Shown piece after piece: positions 13,176 through 26,500 of a DNA stretch of 64,000 nt (position 1 is its first letter; every line of letters begins with the position of its first letter). Where the stretch lies: NCBI RefSeq assembly GCF_001194135.2, contig NC_068983.1, positions 48,711,445 to 48,775,444 of the forward strand. The letters are read 5' to 3'. The translations under genes and the position numbers were made by a program. The notes beneath the pieces are model-generated. The model was given only the letters and a program-made list of their open reading frames with translations. It was not told the origin of the DNA and did no database searches. This stretch comes from Octopus bimaculoides (taxonomy: Eukaryota).

Positions 13176-13424
13176 AAATTGTGTGTTTATATCAATTCAA
13201 ATAAATGGAAACTCTAAGAAAGGCATTGAGTGTAATTTGTTATGGGGAAATTTCCCACTGTAGGCAGATAGATTGAAGCACACCCAGTCAGTCCGCAGCG
13301 CGTGCATTTCGTAGTGTTTACATCCTCTCAGCAGCACAGACTGGAAAGGCAGACGCTGCGAACTGATACAAGAGAGAATCTTATGATATTCCGGTCATCG
13401 TTCTCTTTCCACTATAGGTACAAG

Positions 13425-13545
13425 GCGGGGCATTTGTGGCTGTTAGTCGATCAGATCAACCCAATGCTCAGTTGATGTTTATTTTATCGACGCCAAAATG
13501 GATGAAAAGAGAATTTGGCCTCGACGGTCTAAATGTAAAGCCGGA
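13425..13545 (-). mobile_element. SINE family B, diverged fragment
   Basis: TTTATTTTATCGACGCCAAAATGGATGAAAAG…CCTCGACGG resembles the reverse complement of the family B core. Confidence 0.55.
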
Positions 13546-13859
13546 AGAAAAGTTAAGCAGTTTGTGCAGCGCTCATGATTCTGTCAAGTTGGTTGCTTTT
13601 CAGCGAAGAGGCAATAATAAGAAACTTATGGACAGATCTAAAAAACTGGGAAACAATGACTCAAAATTTATGCAAGAAATATTTCAGATTATAAAGGTCT
13701 AAACGAGAAAAGTATCAAAATGACAATAACATCAATATGACATTTTAAGAATAAAATAGCACGCCGGATGAATAAAAGAGACAGATCTAGCCGTCGTGAA
13801 CCGGATAAAGTAAATATACCTTCCCCAATACTTAGGGAAATATAAAAATAAAATTTAAT

Positions 13860-14348
13860 ATAGGCGTAGGAGTGGCTGTGTGGTTAGTAACTTGCTTACC
13901 AACCACACGGTTCCGGGTTCAGTCCCACTGCGTGGCACCTTGGGCAAGTGTCTTCTACTATAGCCTCGGGCCGACCAAAGCCTTGTGAGTGGATTTGGTA
14001 GACGGAAACTGAAAGAAAATCNNNNNNNNNNNNNNNNNNNNNNNNNNNNNNNNNNNNNNNNNNNNNNNNNNNNNNNNNNNNATATATATATATATATATA
14101 TATACATATATATGTATATATGTGTGTGTGTGTATATGTTTGTGTGTCTGTGTTTGACACCCCAGCATCGCTTGACAACCGATGGTGGTATGTTTACGTC
14201 CCCGTAACCTAGCGGTTCGGCTAAAGAGAACGATAGAATAAGTACTAGGCTTACAAACAATAAGTTCTGGGATCGATTAGCTCGACTAAAAGGCGGTGCT
14301 CCAGCATGGCCACAGTCAAATGACTGAAAAAAGTAAAAGAGTAAGAGT
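13860..14348 (+). mobile_element. SINE family A, full length (gap in internal microsatellite)
   Basis: Head and tail both match the family; the N run 14022-14080 lies in the central tract. Confidence 0.93.
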
Positions 14349-15587
14349 ATACCGCTATAACATTAATGAAATTAATACAGATATGACACAAAATCTGAAG
14401 AAAAAATGACTTATGAGTGCTACTAACAGGAAAGAGAAAGATTTAGTTGTGGGGAAAAAAAAACGTGTAAAGAAGTGTCGCTCGCGACATCACCAATAAT
14501 TCGGCTCTATGAAAAGCACCAACGATTTTTAAACAATGGCAAAACTCTGTTTTCAACTAAATACGTTTATAAGAATAACAAGTTAAAAATAAATCTCTTT
14601 TAATGCACTAAACGCATCAAGAGAAGTAGAATAATTTCGAAGGATAGTGTAGACGGAATGGAAGTGTAGCACATGAAAACTAATGCGTCAAGATGTAACA
14701 GGATATATTACTTAGGTGCAATAAGAACATGGAGACATAGAAAATAAGAGAAATTAATAAAGCTACAGATTTCTGGTGGAAAATTTTAACAGGCAAAAAG
14801 CAGGTTGCTAACACATAATCTTTATCGATCTAGTAAGAGAGACAGAAACAACACCCGATGGAAAGAAACACTCTAAATACGAATTTAAAGAACCGGAAAA
14901 TCTTAACGGCTGCGGATATATAAGACGTTTTTCTATATTTACAAAGGTTTAGCCAAGGAAGACATATTGTCAAATGGCAAAACGAGACAAAAAGAAAACC
15001 CGGATTCAGAAAGCAGGATACATGCCGTAAATATCTTATGTGTGCGTGCATGCATAGTAAAGAATGTACCATATCGGCGTGTGCATATATGCACACACAC
15101 ATGCAGGCAAAGACAAACAGACAATATATATAATTTGGTGTGTGAATATATGATTTTAACCACGTGACCAGTCTCTTGTTTCTGTTATTTCTGCTCCTTC
15201 TCTATCATATAATATATACGCCCCAACATCAGATGCTCTTCTGATATTTCCATAGCTGTGTTTATAGTCATTCTTCTCTATTCCTATTGTTCATATTTCG
15301 CTTTATAATTCAACTCCTTTTCAAAAATGTCTTTCGCGTGTTTGGTTTCATATAATATTTGTATTTTTGTCACCTCTTTGGATTATCATTTACAAAATTC
15401 CATTGAGTGTTACTTATCTTCGTATTTATATATGTAGGTATGTATGCATTTCTCTCTCTCTCCCTTTCTCTCTCTCCCCCTTTTTTTCTCTCCCATTCTT
15501 TCTCTCCCTTTCTTTCTCTCTCTCTCTCTCCCCTTTCTCTCTCCCCGTCCATCTCTTTTCCCCTCTGTGTGTGTAAATATACATATT

Positions 15588-15960
15588 CTTTTATTCTCTT
15601 CTCATTTGCTTGTCATTTGACTGCGGCCATGCCGGAGCACCACATTTAGTCGAACAAATCGACCCCAGGACTTATTCTTTGTAAGATCAGTTCTTATTCT
15701 ATGGGCCCCTTTGCCGCATTGCTAAGTTACGGAGACGTAAACACGTCATAATCAGTTGTCAAGCGGTGGTGGTGGTGGTGGTGGGAGACACACACACATT
15801 TATATATATACGACGGCCTTCTTTCAATTTCCGTCTACCAAATCTATTCACAAGGCTTTGGTCGACCTGAGGCTGTAAAAGAAGATACTTGCTCAAGGTG
15901 CCACGCAGTGGGACTGAACCTAGAACCATGTGGTTGGGAGCAAGCTATATACCACACAAC
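15588..15960 (-). mobile_element. SINE family A, near full length
   Basis: GTCATTTGACTGCGGCCATGCCGGAGCACC … CTTCTTTCAATTTCCGTCTACCAAATC … GTGCCACGCAGTGGGACTGAACC. Confidence 0.9.
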
Positions 15961-16619
15961 AAAGTCTTTGCCTTAAATAATAAACACTGGCAGCATGCAT
16001 TGCATCATGGTGTTTTCTCACAGTCGGTGTGCAACTGACTCTACAATACTGTTTAGTCGACAAAATCAAAAGCAGACAATGCACATGTACGAAATCAAAT
16101 ACATTGCTTTTGATTGGAAGCGGTGTCATCTACATTGTTTTTTTCTTAGTATAAGAGATGGGCTACAGCAAATATTCCGCTCAATACCACAGATTTGCTT
16201 GTCAGGTGCTTGACCCTAAACATGTTCCTTAGTGGCTGACAATATGCGCATCTCTAATCTCAAGCAGAAGTAGTTTGCGAGCATCATAGCCAAGTGTGGA
16301 GTGGAATTCTTTGGGGTTTAGATAATTCACCTCCGGAAACATGGGTGTTTTGTTCATCCTTAAACAAACCTTATTCAGGGACCTTTTGAGCAGGACGGGT
16401 TACTCGACCTACAGAAGATTCTAACTGGGTCTCACCTGCAACGTCATGCGCTGTTTATCCTGATATGAATCACATATGGTCGTGATGAATGTGCCAGGTG
16501 CACCCTCATCAGACGGGTACCCACGATGGGTATACTGGCCTTCCTATTATTTTACCATAGTATCACTTTGGTGGAATGCACTGCTCTCTCACTCAATAAT
16601 AATAATAATAAAAACTACA

Positions 16620-17560
16620 GATATATTAATAAAACTTACGTTAGGAAACATTCAATTTTAATAACAGTAATACAGACAAAACAGTTTTTTAGAAATAACA
16701 AAAAGAATAGATCAACACATGTTATATGGTACAATGCTCCATTTCCGTATTCAATAGCTTCTAATATAAATTCTTTGCAGCACTAGTTAGGTATTTCCCA
16801 CCTTCAAATAAATATAAGAAATTATGTTATCGTATTCAATCACTTGAAATTAAGCTGAGATTATTGCAGCACTAAATAGACAGATAATTGGAGAAAATTG
16901 AAATTCTAAATGTATGAATTATTGTAGATCCGATAATATGTACAGTGAAATCAACGTTATGAATGATCAAATTGTTAACGTAGTTAGTCTTTCCCCTTGC
17001 ATTAATATTAATTTTAATAATAGCAATAGTTGTAATCCAACCTGAACACGGATTTTACTGACGGGTGTTAGTAGAACATCTTATAATTATGGGGACAATT
17101 TACAAGTGAACAAATCCATGTGTAATTGTGTAAAGAAAACTCGATGCCCTTTAGGAAATCAGTGTTTAAAGAAGAATATAATATATCAGTGTGGAGTAAT
17201 AACTAGAAATCGTAAGTATTGGTTCTTCTGCTACTGGTTGGAAATCTAGATTTTATAATCATTCTAATTCCTATAAATATAGAAGAAAATGTAATTCTTC
17301 TAAGCTTAGTAAATGCATTTGGAATTTTAAGGAATATTAAATTTGGAATATTAAATATGATGTAAAGTGGTCCATTATTAGCTATGCACCATCGTATAAT
17401 ATTGGTAATTTTATTTGTGATCCCTGCCTCGAAGAATTATATTTCATAATTATTTCTGAATTAATTTTGTTGAATTTTAAAGATGTTGCACTAAATTTAG
17501 AAAGTCATTCAAATATTTTAATTATTAATCATAATAATCATTTAATAAATTATTATATAA
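16620..17560 (+). mobile_element. Penelope-like element, 3' fragment (RT thumb/linker and GIY-YIG endonuclease), decayed
   Basis: Translates KKNRSTHVIWYNAPF, CNCVKKTRCPLGNQCLKKNIIYQC, WKSRFYNH, SKLSKCIWNFK, VKWSII and ICDPCLEE. This fits the PLE pattern IIWFNPP / CNC..CPL.G.CL / FK.R...H / LSKYIW.LK / C.LCL.EK. Confidence 0.85.
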
Positions 17561-19779
17561 TAAGGGTAACTTCTTTTAAAGTGCGTCATATAATAAGTAA
17601 TAAATTATAGCGATGTAAAGTATCTAAACTTCTCTTGTATAGTGAACCTGTACAGCCTCCCGGTAAAAAGTGGTAGTAACCAGCCATTATAAATAGAGAA
17701 GTAGCCGGTCGACAGGGGAAGGTCGAGAATATATGTAGACTGTGTTGATAGTCGTGTTTGTGCTGATATAGGAATCATACTGTGATGCTGAGTGGACGTT
17801 ATAACGCTCCAACCTTTTGAGGATAATAACACTGTACGACTGGGGGTGGTACAGTACCAGATAGAACCATTCTATCGATTAATTCGGAATGTAACAGTAT
17901 CTGTCAGAAGGACAGCCGTCATCAAAAGACAGAAAGAAGTGTGGCAAAAGACCGCTTTACAACAGCTTCGATTAAGCATAACGTAGAATTTTTATCTATA
18001 AACTTTATTCTTCAATTATCCATCGAGATTATAAAAAATGTATATATTATTAATTATAATAATTTTTCAATTATTATACAATAATCTTATTTCCTATAAA
18101 AGGGTATAATACAAAAAAAATGATATTTAATTATTCGCTATTTTTATTCTTTATTTATCTAGCGTAGTCATCAATAATTATATATATTATTTTTAATTGT
18201 AATAAATTTACAATTATAGAATAAGTTTAATTCCTATATGAGTCTATTATAATGAATATATAGATATTTGTCTTACCGACATTTTTGTTTTTCAAGTATC
18301 TAGTGAGATCCCCGGTGGTTGTAAATGTCTTTGAGTATTATAATTCTTCAGTTATTACAAGATAAGGTTAATTCCTGTAGAAGGTTTAATTAAATAAATA
18401 AACAATTAATTATTGCGACATATAGTATATGTTTCTGTTAAACATTGCGTAACATTATCTGTAGTTTTTATTCTTTAGTTATCTATTAAGCGAAATGTAG
18501 AACTCTTGTCTGTAGATTTTATCCTTTACATATCTAGTGACTTCATCAATTTTAGTAGATATATATACTTATTTCCTACGTTTTATTTTCTCTGCACAGA
18601 TGTCAAATTCTCAAAAATACGGAATTTGCAAGCTATTTTCTATATTACATTTTCATAAACTAAATTATTCAATGACGTCGCTCTTGGTCGAGTAAATAAA
18701 ATTTGGTTTCGCGTTTCGTTTTGTTAGCATTTTTTAACAGCTAAAAATTTTCAGACTTTCATTTAGAATTTTACCAGTTTGGATTACCATGATAATGTCC
18801 TGTTGACATAAATTTTCTTACATATTATTATTTATTTTAATATATACATATATGTATACATACATGCATATATGGGTACAGGACATCACAAAATAACGTT
18901 AAACACAATGAGAAACTAAAAAATAAAGACGAAGACAGAAAACGAACTTTTTTTCGAACAACGAAAAAAAAAAAAACAGTGAAACATGACATGCAACATA
19001 AAGATAATTCCTTTCTTCAGTTGTCCCTGTTCCATCTAATCCGCGTTTCGAAAGGAAGGACAATACGCGACTTCGTTGGAACAGTCCTTCCCGCAAAGCA
19101 AATTAGTTAAATTTGGAATTTTTAGCGGAGGCTGAAAGTGTAAACAAGAACAGCACAGTGAGAACAAGACAGTACAAACAAGACAGAGCATTGAAAACAA
19201 ACGGTAAGGGCTGTTAAGCCAAGACGACAGAACAATTATTATTTTGAACACGAAGTTAGATGTGGATGAGACAAAAAAAACTCACGTCTTCTCTATAGGA
19301 AGGCAGAGAGTAGAAACAAAGAATCCCTTTCGTCACGTGTCAGCGACGACAGGGTCAAGGAGAAGGAGTGAGAGAGAGCAAACGGTGAAAGGAAGAAAAG
19401 AATAAGGGAAGGTTGGGAGAGAAAAACAGAAAGGATGAAGAACAAGAGAGGGAGAGAGAGAGACAGGAGATAGATGTGTGTGTGTGTGTCTATGTGTGAA
19501 AATATACATATATGTATGTATGTATATGTTAATGCAATTAAAGCATTCGTGTGATCTAAATTAAAGATATGGTTGCCTTCGTAAATATTACTGATTGTTA
19601 ATACTCTGAATTAAAAATTTTGCATAAGATTTGTTGGATTTACCTGTCATACAAGAGAGTCTTTCTGGGATTTGTGTTCTACATACCTTTACTGGTGTAC
19701 ACTGATTCCTTTACACGGAGTGCCTAATTGATATCTGCCAGTTTTTCTTATATGTATATATATATGTGTAAGTGTACGT

Positions 19780-19792
19780 GAGTGTATGTATA

Positions 19793-19843
<51 letters not shown>

Positions 19844-20047
19844 TTGTATGTCGTATATATGTGTATATATGTGTAAATACGTGTGTGTATGTATGTATGT
19901 GTGTATGTATGTGTGTGTATGTATGTATATGTATGTGTATATGTATATGTGTGTGTATGTATATATGTGTGTATATGTATATGTGTGTATATATATGCAT
20001 GTATACGTATGTATGTGTGTATGTATGTATATATGTGTGTATGTATG

Positions 20048-20101
<54 letters not shown>

Positions 20102-20110
20102 GACATATAG
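19780..20110. repeat. Compound TA/TG/TATG microsatellite
   Basis: Visible dinucleotide and tetranucleotide repeats; the source of several spurious ORFs. Confidence 0.95.
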
Positions 20111-20391
20111 TCTGTCTTTCTGTATTTATGTACGTGTGTTATGTGTATATTCCTGCATATGTGTGCGAGTGTATGTTTATCCATGACACTTCTATATATT
20201 ATCTATTCAATTGTACTCGAACTGTATTGCCATTGATATTTTATTTCCTTAATGGACTACATAGACTAATCGCAGCAAATTACACTGCTTTCTAATTTGT
20301 TTTGTATGCAGCAATTTAAAATTTAATATTTGCATTATTGATCAACAAAATAAATATTTATATATGTAATTATTCATGCTTGCATGCTTGT

Positions 20392-20441
<50 letters not shown>

Positions 20442-20625
20442 ATGTATGTATGTCATTTAGTTATTGCAAAATTTCTTGCCAGTATGTATGTAAGTATGGT
20501 TGTATGTATGTATGTATGCATACATACATCTATTTATCTATCTTTCTATCTATCTATCGACCTATCTGTCGACCTACACATACATATAAGTATATGTGTG
20601 TATATCAATAACTACCTCTATGTAT

Positions 20626-21113
<488 letters not shown>

Positions 21114-21229
21114 TATGAATACATATATACATATTTAAATGTATATAAATGTATATGGGTATGTACATATATATTAATATACGCACATCTATGTCTGTGT
21201 GTGTTTTTAATTTATTTGATTTAAGCCCG

Positions 21230-21315
21230 ATGTCGACTTTGCCTTTCACCGTCTTGGAATCGATATATCATGTATCAATTAAACACTGGAGTTGGCGCAA
21301 TCGATTTAGCCACTG
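21230..21315 (+). mobile_element. SINE family B, diverged core fragment
   Basis: GTCGACTTTGCCTTTCACC…AAACACTGGAGTTGGCGCAATCGA. Confidence 0.55.
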
Positions 21316-21551
21316 CGACAAAACTGCTGGCTTTGTGTCAAAATTTGAAACCAATATATTTGACTTAAAGGTGGGTGACATGAATACCCCTATATATACT
21401 TGCAGTATCTATTCTAATATCCAAGATATATCTTGCTCCATAAATGAAGGAGACTATTTTTATTTACTATGTAAACAACATCGTAATCGTCTTATAATTC
21501 CTTATTATTATTATTATGCAGGTCACTCCTTGGAATCGAACTCGAAATCTC

Positions 21552-21809
21552 GGAGGCATATGACATAGTGGTTAAGAGTGCGGGCTACAAACGCTAAGAT
21601 TCCGAGTTCGATTCCAAGCAGTGGCCTGAATAATAATATAATAATAATAACAACAATAATAATAGCAACAACATCGAAAAATACCTTAGGAATGAGACCC
21701 TAGGTTCGAAATTTCTCCAAGACACCTGATGAAGGCTGGAGGGTATATCAGGCGAAACGTTGTGTTAACGACAAACAAGATGAGGACAGATATCTGTCAA
21801 ATGTGAATA
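21552..21809 (+). mobile_element. tRNA-headed SINE-like element carrying a Penelope-type hammerhead motif
   Basis: A-box-like TGACATAGTGG 21561-21571, B-box GAGTTCGATTCC 21604-21615, (AAT/AAC)n spacer, then the hammerhead core at 21721-21766. Inverted partial copy at 21502-21550. Confidence 0.75.
21721..21766 (+). ncRNA. Minimal type I hammerhead ribozyme motif (predicted)
   Basis: Stem I GACAC/GTGTT; CTGATGA plus one extra A; stem II GGCTG/CAGGC (one mismatch); GAAA; self-complementary ACGT stem III; GUU cleavage triplet. Confidence 0.65.
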
Positions 21810-23453
21810 CTGGTTCTATACTGTATACTGAAATACTTAGCTATATATCCTAGACATTAATAAGGAGGCTTTGTCCTCTACTGTGAAATACGGAAGCACC
21901 GCTGTCATTAACCGTATATACAGTTGTAGAATTAGATGCTATGATGGTTTTTGTCTGAGACAAAATCTCTTCAGTCATATTATTTTTAAAACGCAATATG
22001 TATCGGAAGAAAACGAACATTTTGACAAGAGTAACTCATCGGAATGTTAGACACTTCTCGCCTTTTGATTGAGGTCGCAAGAACGGGTGCACATTCCTTA
22101 AATGCTTCAAAATACATTCGTACTTTGATAGTCTTAAAAACTCGATAAACGCCATTAAAACAGCATTCAATCAAGGTAGGCATCATCTGTATATCTAAAT
22201 AAATGTGTGTACACCGTGGAAAGACACGGCGGTGTGACTTTTGTTGGAGAGGAAATCTGCTTATAGACATGTAGTGTTGAAAACACTATATCTATATCGA
22301 ACGGAAACAAACATTTTCAAAGCATTACATTTGAGGCGTATTGCCCTTTTGGAGGTTTACCAATAACGTGAACCAATTTGTCAAATAATTGAACGAAATT
22401 CGTGCATCGACATAGAAGAGTGAATGATATATTCACACATAATGAAATTGCGATGTGCGTGTGTGTGTGTGCCTGGCAGTTTGTATGTAGGTAGATGCAC
22501 ATATATTCAATTGTTTTAGAATACAGGTGGTAGGATATAAACTATTCAGTATATATTATATAGTGTATATTGATTACTTAACCGGAAGACATTGTTTGCG
22601 AACTTTCTTGCTATGCGAGAGTGATCAGATGTATTTAAGTAGTAGAGGCATTATTGCATTATATATATGTGAATCTATTATCCGTCTTCCATTTTTATTT
22701 TGTGACGTAATTGCCGGGAGCAAGAAAGTGAAGAGGCGGTGAATGGTTAAAGCATATTGAAAGTGATATTACTGTTGACACTAGAAATAAAGATCTTGAG
22801 GTAGCTATAATTATTTAATAAGAGTTTTTCAAAACATTACGTCATACCTTTTATGTTTAGTAAATAAGGTAATTAACAATATATTTTGAAATGAAAACGA
22901 AAAAAAAAATCACGTAAGTATCTATTCGACAAAATAGCTTGAAATTATCGTGGTAAAAATTAATTAGAAAGATAAGCAACGTAAAAAAGCATAAATAATG
23001 ACATAAACAAATAAATATGTGAATAAATAGATAAAAATCACCATCTTTCACTAGACACAGCGGCATCAAATTTATTGTTGTCAATGAAACAGATATATTA
23101 ATAAATGACCAAGACAAGCACTCTGAAACTATATTAAGGTCAATTTAGTTTTTAACAATCATATCACGAATGCAGGTCAAGCAGTTGTTTACTTACTTAC
23201 AAATGTTTTGATTTAAATGAATCTAATCTAATAAATCGATATCACTCAATAGAACAATTGGAGATTAATTAACCAAAATCTGACATTTTTACAAGTGATA
23301 TACTTTTTATTGTAAGTGTATTTTAATTTTCTATTTTTAAATGTTTAAACTTGTACAGACTTTATTTTCCATTATGATCTCCACACTCATATCATTAGCA
23401 CGGTTTACAACTGACTACACAGTCAGAGTCGGTCGAAGACAAAACTAAAGCAC

Positions 23454-23487
<34 letters not shown>

Positions 23488-24289
23488 NNNNNNNNNNNNN
23501 NNNNNNNNNNNNNNNNNNNNNNNNNNNNNNNNNNNNNNNNNNNNNNNNNNNNNNNNNNNNNNNNNNNNNNNNNNNNNNNNNNNNNNNTATATACAAACAC
23601 ACACACATACATAAATATGCATATACCACGCATACGCATCCAAGATCAAACACAAATATACACACACTCATACACATATTCTCAAACACACATGTCTCAT
23701 ATACTTGCATACATGTACGTGAGCGTACTTACATCGGTTTGTAATGCTTTACCACTGGGCACCATTTATCTTTCTTAACAAACTGCTAACGTAAGTATTC
23801 TCAGATTAAAAATTATGAGACAAGATTTTCCAAGACGCGGTTTCTCAATACTAGCCACATAACTGGATACACAAGGTTTACGTTTTATCGCTAACATAAT
23901 CAATACATCTCGTTAGTAATTCTTTCAAATACTTATATAATAGTTATTTAATAATTATTTAAATATTCTGAAGCTTTTGTTCCAGATGTGATTCCGAAAG
24001 CCGTATTAGTATTTAACTGATAAAATTATATTATTTAGTTGCAAATGTTTTCTTGTATATTTTTAAGCTATCTCTGCTATTTGATTGCGAACAGATTGTG
24101 ACATGTGTACACACACACACATGCACACACATACACACAGACACACTTGACGTTGCTGCGAATACTGCTCCTGATGCATATCATCACACTATTTCATGTA
24201 GCACTTGAAGCCAGCAATAGAAATACAGATTCCTCCACATATTTCACATTGACTACGTTTGTTCGTATCTTTCGATGTTCTTGCTTACT

Positions 24290-26500
24290 TCCTCTTTAGA
24301 ATTGCTCTTTTGCATGGTGAATGCTGAATTCTTTCCCTCTCGATGCTACACCATCAAAGATTGTTCTTCTCCACCTTGCTGTATCAACAGCTTCTTCTTC
24401 CTTGCTCTTAAATGGAATAACACATTGCTTCAAGTTCATCTTTAGAATGTCTTTGTACTACCGTTAGGATTTGGAGACTTTCCTTTTTTCCTTGTTTCAA
24501 TTCCCCATAAAGCATTTGCTTTGGAATTCTGGCATTACTCATTCAAGCACGATGTCCACTTCACTTTAGAACACTCCGAGTGCTGGCGATTCTAATGCTA
24601 GACATTTGAGCTTTCTCTAAAACTGCGATATCTAGGGTATGTGTAGGCTACTTCACATGAAGCTTGTTAAAGTTATCTCTACAGATTTTCGATAAAAATT
24701 ATAGCCAGCATTGAGTTTGGCTCGAAGATGGAAAATGGGTAATGAGTGCATGACGTATTTCAAGATATTTTACCCCTGGATCCAAACCATTGGCCATCCA
24801 CGAACTCATTGCTTAAATAGCCATTGAATATAGCGGTGTAACATTATCGGATATACCAATTTTGCATATGAAACACATCCCTGGAAGTTCGTACGTAAAT
24901 ATTGTTGACTTGTGAGGATACTGCATTTTGTTTTGCAACTATAATATACTAAAAAGCATATAAGTCTCAAAAAGCATTAGTAAAACCGCTGAAGCATCTC
25001 ACCTTGGTGTTTGCAGATCATCAAAGTTTCCCATCCATACAATAAAGCTGTTAGCATACTAATTCCGTAGGCGGAAATTTTTCTTTTTAAACGTCGTGGC
25101 CAAATCTTTCTTTCAATATTTTTAAAAGCAGTTGAAGTCTTCATTCTGTATAGAATCTTTTTTCCAGGTATGTAAAAGCCTTCACTAATTTTAATTACTT
25201 ATCTCCTAATATCTTTGGTTGAACATAACCTGTTTCAGATGCAGCCTGCAATATAGCTTCTGTTTTCTTCAAAATCATTTCCTATCTAAAAGCTCGATAT
25301 GATGCATTGAAAACCGTAATGAGATCCTGCAAGTTCTGTTCTGTGTGAGATAATAGTCATGCGTTTGTAATAATTTTCTAACAAAAGATTCAAACATCCT
25401 AGTTCCTATGGTAACTCTTCTGATGTTGAACAATCTTTGCGTAGTACGAAATCTGATGTAGATTCCCTTCGTGTTACCTTTAAATGCCACCATGAGTATT
25501 GCTGTAGATTAAAGGGCAAATAACATTAGTGAAAAAATGTCTCTTCACTTTATTCACACTTCAACTGGAAAAGGGTTCACATAAATTACCATTAAAGTAC
25601 TCTCTAACCTTCATTTTGTTATGTATAGACCATATCGGGTCTGTAAATTTGTCAAGACAACCAAAGTTCTTTACTACATTCCATAGCATTGATCTGTTCA
25701 TCGCACCAAAAGCCTTGGTAACATGAATAACACCGTTGATACAATTCAAGATTCTACTCAATACACTTTTCCTGCAGAAAATATATCACCTGTTCCTCTT
25801 TAAGCTCTAAAATAACATTGTGCATCCAGAAGAATATAATTTAACACTGGAAAATAATCTGTTCAGTAGAACTCTGGCTAAAACGTTGCTCATTATAAAC
25901 AACGGCGACATGCCGCGACAGATTCCGCATTCAGATTTCTCACCTTTCTTAAACAGATTACCAAAAAAACATCTCGCCCGGCTTAAATTTGTTCAGGAGT
26001 CCCATACATGAGAAATAACCTCTTACAGCATAATCTACAGCTTATCTCACCAACATTTCAATAAATCTGCAGGTATTTCATCCATACCTGATGATTTCCC
26101 ATTGTTCATTTTTGATATGGCTTTTTGATTTCTTCCTTATGTGGGGCTTTATTTAAACATACTTTTAATAAAAGCTGCCCGCTATGGTCTGGCACAACTT
26201 CATCGATCTCTGTTATCCTGTTCAAAATCTCACTCTAGTGTTCCCTCCAAGCTTGTTTTTCATTTGACTGCTTTCAGATTTTATATCCATCCTTGGCATT
26301 TTTCGGCAGTTGGTACATTTAGCATCTGATTCGTTTTGAAGGCTTGAGCTTTTTTTCTTCCCAACAGACATATCTGACCTGATGCCGCGCAAATGCCTTT
26401 GCACTTCACCGTTCATCTTTTGTAAAGCTTTGAAGATAAATTTAGTTTAATGGATGTAAAGAAGTGACTTAGAAGCTTGAAAGTAACATCAGAAAAAATA
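24290..26500 (-). mobile_element. RTE-clade LINE relic (RT and C-terminus)
   Basis: Minus strand gives FKKGEKSECGICRGMS…LARVLLNRL, LWNVVKNFGCLDKF, GIYIRFRTTQRLFNIRR and EEAVDTARWRRTIFDG, all RTE/BovB-like motifs, with many stops and frameshifts. Confidence 0.85.

Noticed and set aside
16140-16545. GC-richer segment that looks like a dispersed repeat, with a minus-strand CTGATGA at about 16505
   Set aside because: Single copy in the window, no coding motif and no downstream GAAA/stem arrangement; cannot be classified without a search.
18275-18360. Minus-strand CTGAAGA…GAAA
   Set aside because: No stem II pairing and non-canonical spacing; treated as chance.
19005-19060. Minus-strand GAAACGCG…CTGAAGA arrangement suggesting a type II hammerhead, within an unclassified repeat-like region (about 18885-19470)
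   Set aside because: No UH cleavage site after stem III, and stems I and II do not pair.
21552-21625. Functional tRNA gene
   Set aside because: It has A/B boxes but no proper acceptor stem or T-rich terminator, and it continues into a repeat body; it is a SINE-type head.
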